A stretch of 63,594 nt of DNA, filler included, from Octopus bimaculoides (GCF_001194135.2; 7 parts of 6 records of this genome joined end to end with filler, not necessarily neighbours in it); one strand, 5' to 3'. Positions 1-11,720 are shown, counted from the first letter of the whole stretch. A program made the numbers and translations. Notes: generated by a model not told the origin, from the sequence alone.

Positions 1-912
1 ATATATATATTTGTATTTATGTGCTTTTCTTAGTGTATTCCACTGATGTTGCAAAGCATTTCTTATGCAAAGCTAGAAATCCAGAATCTAGAATTATCCA
101 GTAATTTTTGCTAGTTTATTTCGTTTCTTCGTCTTCGCTCCTGTGTGCTATATGAACATTTATTGTGGTTTAGAGTCAAGATTTGACTGCTATTTTCAGC
201 ATGGCGGTATTTTAACCTTTTGTTGTTACTCTGAAAGGTATAGTAACGATTTTAATAGTGCAAACTAAGTATAAAAATATTTCATTACACGACGTTTGCA
301 TTGCTTATAGTTCTAAGCCTAATACTATATATAGTATCAATTCTCACTTGAGTACAGTAGAGATAGTGACCGATAAATATATGTGACTAGTATATAATGA
401 AACCACGCTGGTGTAATGTATAAGAACTATTGAAAAATCATTTCTATCTTCATTCAAGAATTTCAGAAGTAGCAAACATTTCACTCTCGTGCACTTCGTC
501 TCCGCTGTGTTCTTTCTTCTATTATTATAACTCTTTCACCCCCTCCTCTCCCTTCCACCTTCTTCATTGCCCAGCCCAAACACTTTCGCTTTGCTCATCT
601 CTCTGACCTCTCTTTTCGTTTTTTTTCTGATTGTCTGTCCGTCTCTTTCTTTCTCTTTCTGATTCGATCAATCTTTTTATTAATTCTTCATTCACTCATT
701 CTCTGTACTGAAATACAAATAATTCTTCTCAACCTTGCCACGAGAAAAATGGTACAATCTCCCTAAGTCAACTCATATAATCGCCCGTAATTTATCATTA
801 ATTAACGCGTAAACATTGAAAGACAAGACATGCTGAGATTTCTAAACCGCTTTATTAAATTTCTTTCCTGAATAATGAGATCGCACTCAATAAATCTTTG
901 GTCCTTTTATCG

Positions 913-1031
913 TTGGCGTTGTTGTTGTTGTTGTTGTTGTTGTTGTTCTTCTTCTTCTTCTTCTTCTTCTTCTTCTTCTTCTTCTTCTTCTTCTTCTTCT
1001 TCTTCTTCTTCCTCTTCCTCTTCTTCTTCTG
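913..1031. repeat. compound (GTT)n-(CTT)n microsatellite
   Basis: Direct reading; gives the poly-C/S/R/L/F ORFs at 875-1239. Confidence 0.97.
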
Positions 1032-1132
1032 TTATTGTTTACGGTGTGAGAGTCAAATTCTCCACTTGTCAATCTCCCACTCCGTGGTTTTCTTGAGGTT
1101 TTTCAGAGTAGCAGCTTTGATAAATGTTGATG

Positions 1133-1163
<31 letters not shown>

Positions 1164-1368
1164 GGATTATGGCGAGGATGATGATATCTGTGATGCAATT
1201 GTCAACAACGTTGCCTCTTTTATTAGTTCGGCAACTTAACAATTGTCGATGCTGATGATGACGATTAAGAGTATGAGAAGGATAGCATTAGGCAATGCTT
1301 TGTGCATAAATTTGGTAGACGCAAAGTGTGCAGAATATTCTCGTATATAAGAAATAATAATGATGCTA

Positions 1369-1369
1369 T

Positions 1370-1408
<39 letters not shown>

Positions 1409-1452
1409 GACTACTACTACTACTACTACTACTGTTACTACTACTAATAATA
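1369..1452. repeat. (ACT)n microsatellite grading into (AAT)n
   Basis: Direct reading. Confidence 0.95.
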
Positions 1453-1589
1453 ATAAATGGGTTTTTTATAGCATCTATTGCCATTAATAGCCGATGAGAA
1501 TGCACCGTAGCTCTTACATTCAGTATGTGAATCTCAGTACTATTATGACAAATTACTGACTGTCCTAAACTATATATATATATATGTGT

Positions 1590-1891
1590 GTGTTATTTCT
1601 TTACTACCCACAAGGGGCTACACACAGAGGGGATAAGCAAGGACAGACAAACACGGATTAAGTCGATTATATCGATTCCAGTGCGTAACTGGTACTTATT
1701 TAATCGACCCCGAAAGGATAAAAGGCAAAGTCGACCTCGGCGGAATTTGAACTCAGAACGTAGCGGCAGACGAAATACCTATTTCTTTACTGCCCACAAG
1801 GGGCTACACACAGAGGGGACAAACAAGGATAGACAAACACGGATTAAGTCGATTATATCGACCCCAGTGCGTAACTGGTACTTATTTAATC
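1590..1891 (-). mobile_element. two head-to-tail copies of SINE family B (tRNA-like head; tail ending GTGGGCAGTAAAGAAATA); second copy runs into a gap
   Basis: The ~110-nt block TATTTCTTTACT..ACTTATTTAATC occurs at ~1594 and ~1780; B-box-like GAGTTCAAATTCC on the minus strand; same family at 25623-25852 and 51863-52098. Confidence 0.88.
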
Positions 1892-2399
1892 NNNNNNNNN
1901 NNNNNNNNNNNNNNNNNNNNNNNNNNNNNNNNNNNNNNNNNNNNNNNNNNNNNNNNNNNNNNNNNNNNNNNNNNNNNNNNNNNNNNNNNNNNNNNNNNNN
2001 NNNNNNNNNNNNNNNNNNNNNNNNNNNNNNNNNNNNNNNNNNNNNNNNNNNNNNNNNNNNNNNNNNNNNNNNNNNNNNNNNNNNNNNNNNNNNNNNNNNN
2101 NNNNNNNNNNNNNNNNNNNNNNNNNNNNNNNNNNNNNNNNNNNNNNNNNNNNNNNNNNNNNNNNNNNNNNNNNNNNNNNNNNNNNNNNNNNNNNNNNNNN
2201 NNNNNNNNNNNNNNNNNNNNNNNNNNNNNNNNNNNNNNNNNNNNNNNNNNNNNNNNNNNNNNNNNNNNNNNNNNNNNNNNNNNNNNNNNNNNNNNNNNNN
2301 NNNNNNNNNNNNNNNNNNNNNNNNNNNNNNNNNNNNNNNNNNNNNNNNNNNNNTATATATATATACATATAAAATATATGCATGTGTGTGTGTGTATCT

Positions 2400-3850
2400 T
2401 CGTATCTTTCTGTCTCTGTTTGCCTCCACATGCTACTTGACGATGGGTTATTTATGGACCCCTAACGTACGCTTTAGTCAAAAGAGACTACAATGTATGT
2501 GTCAGATTTAAAGATCAGTAGTAGGGTCATTTGTTTCCACTAGACACCTTCAAAGTGGTTCTGTAATAAAATACAAGATATAAATATAAATGACGTCATC
2601 GGAGAAAATTCATTCCTTATACGAGTTCTATAGAAGAGTACAATATCACTAATTGATACAATTAATTCGGCACCCGGATTCACACCAACTAACTGGTCCT
2701 CTTTTCTTCTCATCAGTACTGAAGTTTTTGAATAATCATCATGCATGGTTATCTTTTCTCCATGATTGAACAGTAAGAAAGAAACTAAGATTTTAGTGCG
2801 CCTATGATCGAGCCATTAGAATTTTGTAACCACTAAAACTTTTGTGTACGAGTTTCAATCTAAAACACTTGGACTTTGGCATCAGCAATAGTTCTGTTGC
2901 CTGTCTTTAGTCTCATACAATACACATCACAGGATTTCCCCCTTTTTAGTACTTCAAGGCTCAGTTGTATTTTACATGCATCCGCTACTGTATACGAAAC
3001 ACCTACTTCCTGATTAACATTACGACACACACATTGATATAAACCAATAATTCTAAACCGATAAATCTTCCACAATAAGGGATTCGTCTTCTGAAATTTA
3101 CTAGTGGGGTGTTGAACCTCTTTTGCTGGCTGCTATACGTTTTCTAATTATTTTACCTGGCTATTTGCGAACACGTCACTATGTTTTTCATTCACAATCT
3201 AGTCTTTCCAGAACGCACCGCTTACATCTTAACTACAAAGATCGATCGACAGATAATCAAATTGAATCGGTATCACAGTTCTATGAGGTTCAGAAGATAT
3301 TATGGCAACGTCCCCACAAACTGGTGAATATAAAAATAACAAGCATTTGAAAGTGGTTAGCTTCAAAACACCTAAAGGAAGACGTAATATGCCATAAAAG
3401 AACGTATAGAGTATCCTGTTTATTAGCTCTTTCTAACAATGTTGGTTTCCATTCTAGAGAACGAATTATCAAAGAGATTATGTTCCTTGAAGTAAGTGAA
3501 TAGCTAAGTTATCATCGGTACAACTTTCATCTAGGTAAAAGCTGCCTCAAATTATAGCAACATTATTACAATTGGATATAAAAACAACTACTCTTTGAAA
3601 CAAATCTAAATGTGATATAACTACGCTAACAAATGTATTGAATTTTATGGCTACAACAGCCAAGTTGCTGCACCTGACGGTTTCCCTGCAAAATTCAATG
3701 GCAAACATAACGATGCTTTCCATATGTTTTGTTCTAGGTATGTTAGAAACTCCCAGATGATATCTACGACATAAAACAAAGTAATTTCTCAACTTTTCAG
3801 GAAGAGTATATGAATCATTACCCCTAATATCCTCCACTCAGAGTATCAAG
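2400..3850 (-). pseudogene. decayed reading frame, tentatively Fanzor1/TnpB-like RuvC protein
   Basis: Minus-strand ORF pieces 3837-3547, 3075-2860 and 2746-2540 with stops and frameshifts. Colinear motifs: METNIV (3452-3435), IPIQFDYLSIDL (3273-3238), LWKIYRF, EVGVSYTV (3009-2986), VGVNPGAELIVSISD (from 2689), IVVSFD (2494-2477). Similarity judged from recalled Fanzor1 motifs only. Confidence 0.4.
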
Positions 3851-4041
3851 CTCCCAGAACAATTAGACACAATAATAATCCGATAATTGTACAAAGGATG
3901 ATTGCTTTTACTAGAAAAATAATATATATGGGGCAAATTGGAGCTGAAATGTCAAACCTAGATGTGGGTATAATGGCTCTGTTGCAAACATCTCACTCTC
4001 ATTCTTTATTATTATTACTATTATTATCATCATCATCATCA

Positions 4042-4102
<61 letters not shown>

Positions 4103-4104
<2 letters not shown>

Positions 4105-4268
4105 CGGTGAACTGTTTGAATAATTCTGCACGCTGGGCAAAATGCTTAGCATTATTTCGTCCATCTTTACGTTCTGGGTTCATTTTCTGCCGGGGTCGAC
4201 TTTGCCTTTTATCCTTTCGATTTACCGCCTCTCAGGAAATTGCTCGCGAAGTACCAAAAATTGAAACT
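4103..4268 (+). mobile_element. SINE family B, degenerate
   Basis: GGGCAAAATGCTTAGC..TACGTTCTGGGTTCA..GTCGACTTTGCCTTT matches the other family B copies. Confidence 0.75.
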
Positions 4269-4370
4269 CTTCTTCTTCTTCTTCTTCTTCTTCTTCTTCT
4301 TCTTCTTCTTCTTCTTCTTCTTCTTCTTCTTCTTCTTCTTCTTCTTCTTCTTCTTCTTCTTCTTCTTCTT

Positions 4371-4409
<39 letters not shown>

Positions 4410-4425
4410 AATATTATTATTATTA
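4268..4425. repeat. (CTT)n followed by (TTA)n microsatellite
   Basis: Direct reading. Confidence 0.95.
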
Positions 4426-4439
4426 CTTACGTTGTTGTT

Positions 4440-5045
4440 GCTTTGTTTTAATACGAGCTGTTCGAAAGTGTATCCAGAAACCTCAATTAACAGCAAGTTG
4501 GACATTTTCATTGTGTTAGCAAGAGTTTTTGTTCTTCACATATTTTTTTTGCTTTCTCATATTTGGCCATATTGCTTAATGGCTTTATGGATGGTATTAT
4601 CTCCAAAATCCCCGATGATCACGCGTACACTTGTTCTTAGATGTGTCATCTTTTACACCTGTATTTCATGTGCACTAACTTTTCAAATGGTTTCATATAA
4701 GAATAGCAGGTTGCTAGAATTGACACATGTATGGACTGCCATGTTTTCTCAATGTAATGGTTTATCCACAAAATCTGGTCTATTGGACTGAATAGAATGA
4801 ACAGCGTAAATACTAAAGTCTAACAGAACGGTGATATTTGCATTTTCTACAATTTAGGGAAGCTTATATTCCCACCAGTCCTTCTCATATGTGAGTCCAG
4901 ACTTATGGCATACGATCCAGTGCAAATACTGACCCAGACTCTCATAGTAATTAATATATTCATTGAGCATCCAGTGATGAGGGGATCAATTGTTTCTCCA
5001 ACACTTTGTGTAATGGGATACAGGATCACCCACACTTTGGGTAAT
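4440..5045 (-). mobile_element. 3' fragment of an R2-group (R4/Dong-like) non-LTR retrotransposon: CCHC remnant and restriction-like endonuclease
   Basis: Minus-strand translation VGETIDPLITGC / LGQYLHWIVCHKSGLTYEKDWWEYKLP*IVENANITVLLDFSIYAVHSIQSNRPDF / VIIGDFG matches the ETxxHIxSGC..HWxxC..W..P..EN..LWDF..NRPD..IGALG signature; the 3' end abuts (TAA)n. Confidence 0.88.
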
Positions 5046-5084
5046 AGGATTCAGTTTTGAAACTGAGCCTATGGTATCTTATCA

Positions 5085-5245
5085 GGAATGGCTGAGTGGT
5101 TACATTGTATCACTTTCCAACCACATGGTTTTGGGTTTATTCACACAGCATGACATCCTGGGTGTGTTCTACTATAGCCCCAGTGCAACGAATGTCTTGT
5201 AAGTGATTTAGAAGTCATAAACTGACAGAAGCCTGCAGCATCTGT
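5085..5245 (+). mobile_element. SINE family A, degenerate 5' half
   Basis: ATGGCTGAGTGG..CCAACCACATGGTTTTGGGTTTA..TTCTACTATAGCC matches 9419-9840. Confidence 0.65.
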
Positions 5246-5324
5246 ATATCATTTTATCCATCCATCTCACCAAATTTCAAACCTTGTACCCATAAGACAA
5301 AACTTATAATTATTATTATTACTG

Positions 5325-5407
<83 letters not shown>
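5325..5407. repeat. (AGT)n microsatellite
   Basis: Direct reading. Confidence 0.97.
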
Positions 5408-5408
<1 letters not shown>

Positions 5409-5630
5409 TGGTCGATTGAAACAATCGTTAGAGCGTTGGAGAAAACGTTTATCATCATGACTTCCGGCTCTTTATATTTTCAGTTCACATCACGTCCAAT
5501 TCCACTTTACCTTTCATCCTTTCGAGGTCGATAAAATAAAGTGAAGCACTGATGCCGATATACTTGGTTTGTTTCCTACCTTCCAAACATTTCTGACCTT
5601 GTTCAAAAAGTAAAAATATCTATTATTATT
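5408..5630 (+). mobile_element. SINE family B, degenerate, (ATT)n tail
   Basis: CTTTCATCCTTTCGAGGTCGATAAAATAA core. Confidence 0.65.
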
Positions 5631-7575
5631 GTATTTATATTTTCCGTTTTCTTTTATTTGTTTTCGATGCCTTCTTACTGTCCACGGTCATTCTAGTTAT
5701 ATTTTCCTCAGTATTTCATAGCCTAAATCAAAATGAAAGCATCAAGCAAATTTTAATGGCTCGTTACTTTTGAAGGTAGTAAATGCTTTGTCCTCGTATT
5801 GACGACTGAGAACCAATCATTTTTAGTGCACCCGCAGAACTTGGAATGTGTCGGATATTTGTATGTTTGCGAAAATATTTAGCCCACTAACGACCCATTC
5901 TTCATTTCGCTTTCGTATTTTTCTTCTAAATCCTTTATATATATATACTCCCTGACACTTTCTGCAATTTTGGGATGATAGTCCTTCTTATTTAAATGTT
6001 TTTGATATTTGAATTAAACCAGTGACACTTGAATTTTCAAAGATTCGCCAGTTTACCGTCTCAGTTCAAAATTAACTGACGCACATTTTGAATTGTACAA
6101 CTCTGATAAAATAAAGTAGAGTTTCTGTACAAGAATCGGGCTAATCGTCTATAACCTTCTCCAAATTTGAGTCGATTTATACATGGTAGTTATCAATATA
6201 TTAATTGATACGTTGTCACATAATTTTACGTAAGCATCTTTTTTTTCCATAGATCAACTTTATTATGAAACTAAGAGAAAATATTTATTTTTCTAAAATT
6301 ATCCAGTAATTTATTGAATTACAACGTAATGCATTTTATGAGGGATATGGTCTCAACTGAGTTAAACAGAGTTTTTTAAAAAAACAGTTCATCGTTATGA
6401 ACTTCTACTTCTATTTCTTCACCTGTGTATCTTCCATTCTACATTTTGTAAAAAAAAAACAAAAAATAATAATATTTCTGCATTTAATTTTTTACTTTTA
6501 AATCTATTTTCCTGTATATTATTTTTACCCAACCAACGTCATTCCCCAAGAAGTTTAACGTGATAAAACACATGTGGGACGAATGCGTTGATGACAAATC
6601 TCAAGAGAAACGCTAACGTTTCATTTAAGCAAATACTTTCAAGTTTCCCCCGCAATTTTGGCAACATTCAAACGTGTCTCCCATTTCAATGTCCATAATT
6701 GAAAGCTAATTACAGAGTATTACACTAATTCACAAAAACACCACAAACTGGTTACACCCACCCGTAGAAAAAAAAATCTAATCGTCTCCTAGCTTCTAGA
6801 CAGTTTAATATATCGTTAGACTTCAATTGCTTTGGTTTCCTTTATATAATGTTTTCACTTAATTTAATTTCTCTAACTAAATTCGTATCTCTCTTTCGAT
6901 TACTCTCTTTAAAACACTCACAGACACACCACTTTTCAATTCCTTTTCGCATTAATGTTTTGCTAGTATTCTAAAATATGTATTTACTTATTTAACGTAT
7001 TTTAATTTTGCTGGAAATCCCTCTTGATTTTTTAAAATTTATATTTCAGTTCAAATGTATTTCGCTCTTCTTTTTCTCCAACAGTATTCCATTTTTCATT
7101 TTCTCCTCGTCTCATTTAAATTCATTTTCACGTGTGTCATGCTCCTAATGCTGTCTTTATCAATTCATCTTCAATTGTTATCTAACAACATTTAATTCGC
7201 TTCCTTCCCCCTCTCTTCGCTCTTTATTTAACTTACCCATTTATTATTTCCTTACAAGTTGAAAACTTTTTACCTTCAATGTTTTTCTCAATATTTTGTT
7301 AATCCCGGTTCGTTATATTCCTCTCATGCGTATTTCTGTCTACCAAAACCACTATTACCAACCGCAATGCTATCATTAACATCACTACCAATACCAATCG
7401 CATTAGGTTTTCGATTATTTTGATACAGCCAATTACTAAATAGTTACGTTTAAAAATCAATTGAAATATCTATGGGCAGATTTGATTTTAACCCGTATTC
7501 CAAATAAACATGAAATCTGAGATTTTACTATTAAGTTGCAACAACCATTGGTAGCGTTGAATACACTAAGCCACA

Positions 7576-7577
<2 letters not shown>

Positions 7578-7606
<29 letters not shown>

Positions 7607-7970
7607 CTTCTTCTTCTTCTTCTTCTTCTTCTTCTTCACTTTTCTTCATTCTTCTTTTTCGTTCTTCTTCTTCGTTCTTCTTCGTTCTTCTTCTTCGTTC
7701 GTCTTCGTTCTTCTTCTTCGTTCGTCTTCGTTCTTTTTCTTCTTCGTTCGTCTTCTTCTTCGTTCTTCTTCTTCGTTCTCCTTCTCCTTCGTTCTTCTTC
7801 TTCATTCTCCTTTCTTCGTTCTTCATTCTCCTTTCTTCGTTCTTCATTCTCCTTTCTTCGTTCTTCATTCTCCTTCTTCTTCGTTCTTCTTCTTCTTTCT
7901 TCTTCTTCTTCATCTTCTTCTTCGTTCTTCTTCTTTCTTCTTCTTCTTCATCTTCTTCTTCATCTTCTTC
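7578..7970. repeat. degenerate (CTT)n array containing a 21-bp higher-order unit TTCTTCATTCTCCTTTCTTCG (about 3.5 copies, ~7797-7875)
   Basis: Direct reading; seen in the ORF track as repeated LHSPFFV. Confidence 0.92.
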
Positions 7971-8785
7971 TCAACGATCAATATCAAGAAATGAACCTCA
8001 ACAATAAATTGTCAAGACCTGAAGCTTGTTCAAATCTTGTCTCAATTTACTTATAACCTTGTAGCCTGATTTCGTTGTAGTTTTATCTATGGATTCATCT
8101 CCGTTGAACAAACCTATTACCAAAGGTGTACTAGCCATTTTACTGTTAAAAAAAAAACAGATTATAAATTACTTCAGAAGCGCTTTTGCTTTGACTAAAT
8201 TTTTGCAATCATTTGTTCTTTCCAAATAACTTCTGATTAAACAGGTGTTACCTGTTACTTAAGTTTACTCCAACAAATATGGGCATATGCCCTAAAATCT
8301 ATGCAGGTTATGTATCTAGGTTCAGAATATTACCAATACGAAAGGACGTCACCATTCACCATTTACTTGTTTCAGCTGTTGAACTGCGGTCATACTGGGT
8401 GACCGCCTTGAATGGCTTAGTTGAAGAAATCCATCCTCAGCGCTAAACTTGAAATGGCTCGTACATATTCTATCTTTATCATTTGCCGTGCCGCTAAGGA
8501 GATGTAGACAAATATTTATGAAGTGCAGTTGGTGGATAAACTCAAACACTACTGCACACACATACACACGCGCACACACACATACAGAACTATCATGCAC
8601 ACAAACACACACAATCACACACAAACATACCCACACTCACACACGCATAGGATAGTCTTCCACACAGTTTCTGTATAGCTAAGGTACTGATGCCGCATAA
8701 TGTACCAATGTTCCACGCACAGGGATTGAATCCAGATTTCACGTCATTGCAATGAAATTTTGCAACGATATGTTTCCGTTTCGGA

Positions 8786-9107
8786 GAGAACGGAAAACAG
8801 CAGCAGCATCGAGGCTACTATCCTGAAACATCTTCTGAGATTGGCGGGCCACATAGCAAGAATGAAAAAGAAACCAGACTGCTGCGTCAAATTTTATATG
8901 GTGGACGTTCCACTGGAAGAAGACCTCATGTCCGTCCCCTCTGTCAATACAAGGATCAGCTGAAACAAAGCTTAAAACTGACTGGAATCGACCCCAAAGC
9001 CTAGGATATTGAAGCTCAGGACAAGCCCGTCTGACATCATTCCATCTCCACTGTGACAGATTATTTTGAAGTTGAACGACAGAGGAAAGAGGAAGAGAAA
9101 CCGCAAG
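8786..9107 (+). mobile_element. RTE/BovB-like LINE ORF C-terminal fragment
   Basis: SSIEATILKHLLRLAGHIARM / RLLRQILYGGRSTGRR..QYKDQLKQSLK matches the RTE SIEA..LRWAGHV.RM..RLP..LYG..R..YKD.LK motif, with one frameshift. Confidence 0.85.
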
Positions 9108-9418
9108 TCTAGATATATTAAAACATGTTATAAGTTGATCTTGGTCATCGAAAAAGCATGTCTAAACATTAAACGTGTTTTTCAGTTTCGTGTTAATATT
9201 GAATAATACCAATTAGACACTACTATACATTTTGTTTGTGCAGTACTATTATGAAGAATTAAAACATTCGAAGCTGTTTTATGAATACGATAAAAAGCAT
9301 TACAAATCTCAAAAATAAACAATAATTAACATAATCGCCATGGACACCCTCAAAAACAGTTTACGGCCATATTTTCTTTAATATATATATATATATATAT
9401 ATACATTTCATATATATA

Positions 9419-9840
9419 GGCGTAGGAGTGGCTGTGTGGTAAGTAGCTTGCTTACCAACCACATGGTTCCGGGTTCAGTCCCACCTTGGGCAAGTGTCTT
9501 CTTCTATAGCCTCGGGTCGACCAAAGCCTTGTGAGTGGATTTGGTAGACGGAAACTGAAAGAAGCCCGTCGTATATATGTATATATATACATATATATAT
9601 ATATGTGTGTGTGTGTATATATATGTTTGTGTGTCAGTGTTTGCCCCCCTCCAACATCGCTTGACAACCGATGCGGGTGTGTTTACCGCCCCGTTACTTA
9701 GTTCTTTGGCAAAAGAGACCGATAGAATAAGTACTAGGCTTACAAAGAATAAGTCCTTGGGTCGATTTGCTCGACTAAAGGCGGTGCTCCAGCATGGCCA
9801 CAGTCAAATGACTGAAAGAAGTAAAAGATTAAAAGAGTAT
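9419..9840 (+). mobile_element. SINE family A, full length (tRNA-like head, CORE-like ACCTTGGGCAAGT segment, internal TA/TG microsatellite, CR1-type tail, (AAAAGAGT)n-like end)
   Basis: A-box-like TGGCTGTGTGG and B-box-like GGTTCAGTCCC; more than 10 related copies in the window. Confidence 0.93.
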
Positions 9841-10286
9841 TATCAAGAACGTTATGAGGAAACAAATTCGGTGAGAAAGATTTGAAACTGTACTTATACA
9901 TATAAAAACGCTTCGTCACAGAATAGTATAAGTTGCTCTAGAGAATTTCGCCTTCCTCATTATGTAGTTAAATTTGCATTTTATATCAAGGCGTTCAGTA
10001 ATCTATGCAATAAGATGATACGTATATCCATTTCATTTATGTTACCCCTGAAGATCTGTTGCCTTGGGACTCAACTAAACGAATTCGGTGCTTCCATAAC
10101 CTGTTTCTGCTTGAACATTAATCTTCCTGTTGGTTTTATTTTTGCAACAAAAGTAAACAGTGCGGCTGAGTGTTTAAATAAACTTTGCATAATATCAAAT
10201 ATCTAATTTCATTAATTCGTCTACGTTTTTAGAGTATCTGAATATTCATAAGGTGATATCTGTAAGTTGCTCACTAGCTAAAATGT

Positions 10287-10424
10287 GTGTGGAGGCGCAA
10301 TGGCCCAGTGGTTAGGGCAGCGAACTCGCGGCCATAGGATCGATTGAGCGAAAACACCTAAAGCTCAACGAGGCTCCGGCAGGGGATGGTGGCGAACCCT
10401 GCTGTACTCCTCCACCACAACTTG
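10287..10424 (+). mobile_element. SINE family C, 5' fragment with the B-box segment deleted
   Basis: GTGGAGGCGCAATGGCCCAGTGGTTAGGGCAGC matches 47487-47840; CGGTTTCGATTCCCAGACC..GTGTTT is missing. Confidence 0.85.
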
Positions 10425-10549
10425 TGTATGTATACATACTGATACTTGCACATAACCACATACTTACACACATTTTACATGCACACGCGCGTACACACAC
10501 ACACACACACATCGTATTTCATGTTTAGATATGGGAGACAGTAGATGGG

Positions 10550-11310
10550 AACGTATGTGTACCCGTAGACTGGGCACTGGATGCACTAGATTGATGATGC
10601 GTTTTCGGTGAATTGAAGATAGGAACTGCAACCAAACAGGTTATTTGTAGAAGGAGAAGTTCCTTTTGTCTCTAGAAACAAGAGACGGTAGATACGGTGT
10701 TCGGAGCTGAATTAAAGATCGATAAAGGTCGGTTGGCGTGTCGTAGTCGGAGGTGTGGTAATGTTGAACGATATGCACCCACTACACGCTCTCATTTCAA
10801 CAGGCACACAAACTCCGCAGCTTCTTCCTCCATCATTTTCCTTCTATTCGGCTTCTCGCTTAGTTCGATCATTATCTACAGTACAGGACAACCAGCTGTC
10901 GCATTTACCCGTTCCTTTTCTCCAGCACCATCAATCATCAATAGACCGCGTTACGGCAACTTTCATTTCATGGAATTTTTCTACGACTAGCCTAATCAAA
11001 AGACGCTGCTGTGATTTCATAAGATAAAGCGGCCAAGTATGTCCGTTATGTTTGCGTAGCACCTCAGAGAGATCTGATTTGGCAACAGGGTACATGTCGC
11101 CCAGTGTCACCTCTCCGTCATCATTGACAATCAATATCTATCGGACTAGGGCCCGGAACACTTTTGTCCCATATTTCACTTCCAAAAACAACTTTTCACA
11201 CTCTTCGACTTTACTTCCTATTTTCAGTTTAACATCAGCTCTGCTCTGCAAATCTAGCATTACACCGTGTCCGCTCCAGAAGTATGCACCAGTTCCTATT
11301 TATTCTATCT
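10550..11310 (-). mobile_element. possible decayed Ty3/Gypsy pol fragment (retropepsin-like region)
   Basis: Frame with one stop: IGTGAYF..LFLEVKYGTKVFRALVR*ILIVNDDGEVTLGDM; GTGA to LG spacing (~65 aa) fits DTGA..LGxD; GC-richer than the flanks. Confidence 0.3.
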
Positions 11311-11365
11311 TAGCTCTTAATTATCAAAGATGAGACTCCTTTAACCAATTATTAGTGTTGCATAG

Positions 11366-11720
11366 TTGCGGGCCATTTTATACCCCAAACCATCTCTTCT
11401 CGAAGATCTTGCCTGTGAAGGAGCGATAAAGAGTGGGGAGGGGTTGCTAGAAAATAGCGTTGCATTGGCGCTGATGAAGGAACGGGATGGAAAGAAGGCC
11501 CTCGTTGAGACCGATGACTATTGCAAGATGTCTATTAATTTGAAGTGGGAAGAGCAGGGGGGAGGATTTGAAGAGGAGTAGGACTGATTGATGCCATGGA
11601 TTGAAATGGGTGTACTGCCTACAGACGTGAGAGAAGGTATCAAGATAGGAGGAGATAAGTTCAGTGGCGAGTATTTACTCGCAGAGTCAAAGGGTCGTTT
11701 TCACACATATATGCATAGGA
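11366..11720 (+). mobile_element. possible decayed Gypsy-like pol fragment (protease/RT junction)
   Basis: ORF 11366-11581 continues through two stops as ..LKWEEQGGGFEEE*D*LMPWIEMGVLP.., recalling the KW..FEEEL..WI..GWL.P segment before some Gypsy RTs. Confidence 0.3.

Noticed and set aside
2746-2800. ILVSFLLFNHGEKIT resembles the M1-M2 linker of Cys-loop or octopus chemotactile receptors
   Set aside because: No hydrophobic M2 follows in any frame and no Cys-loop is visible upstream.
3020-3050. GLYQCVCRN resembles an Ig-domain YxC motif
   Set aside because: No properly spaced upstream Cys/Trp; an isolated short match.
8019-8138. LFN..TT..GYK..KLR..K.Q resemblance to the IFT52 N-terminus
   Set aside because: Needs three indels and lacks the conserved KKE.F and W of a highly conserved protein.
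9419-9490. tRNA-like A and B boxes in SINE A, B and C heads
   Set aside because: No complete cloverleaf is evident, and they continue into multi-copy SINE bodies; not tRNA genes.
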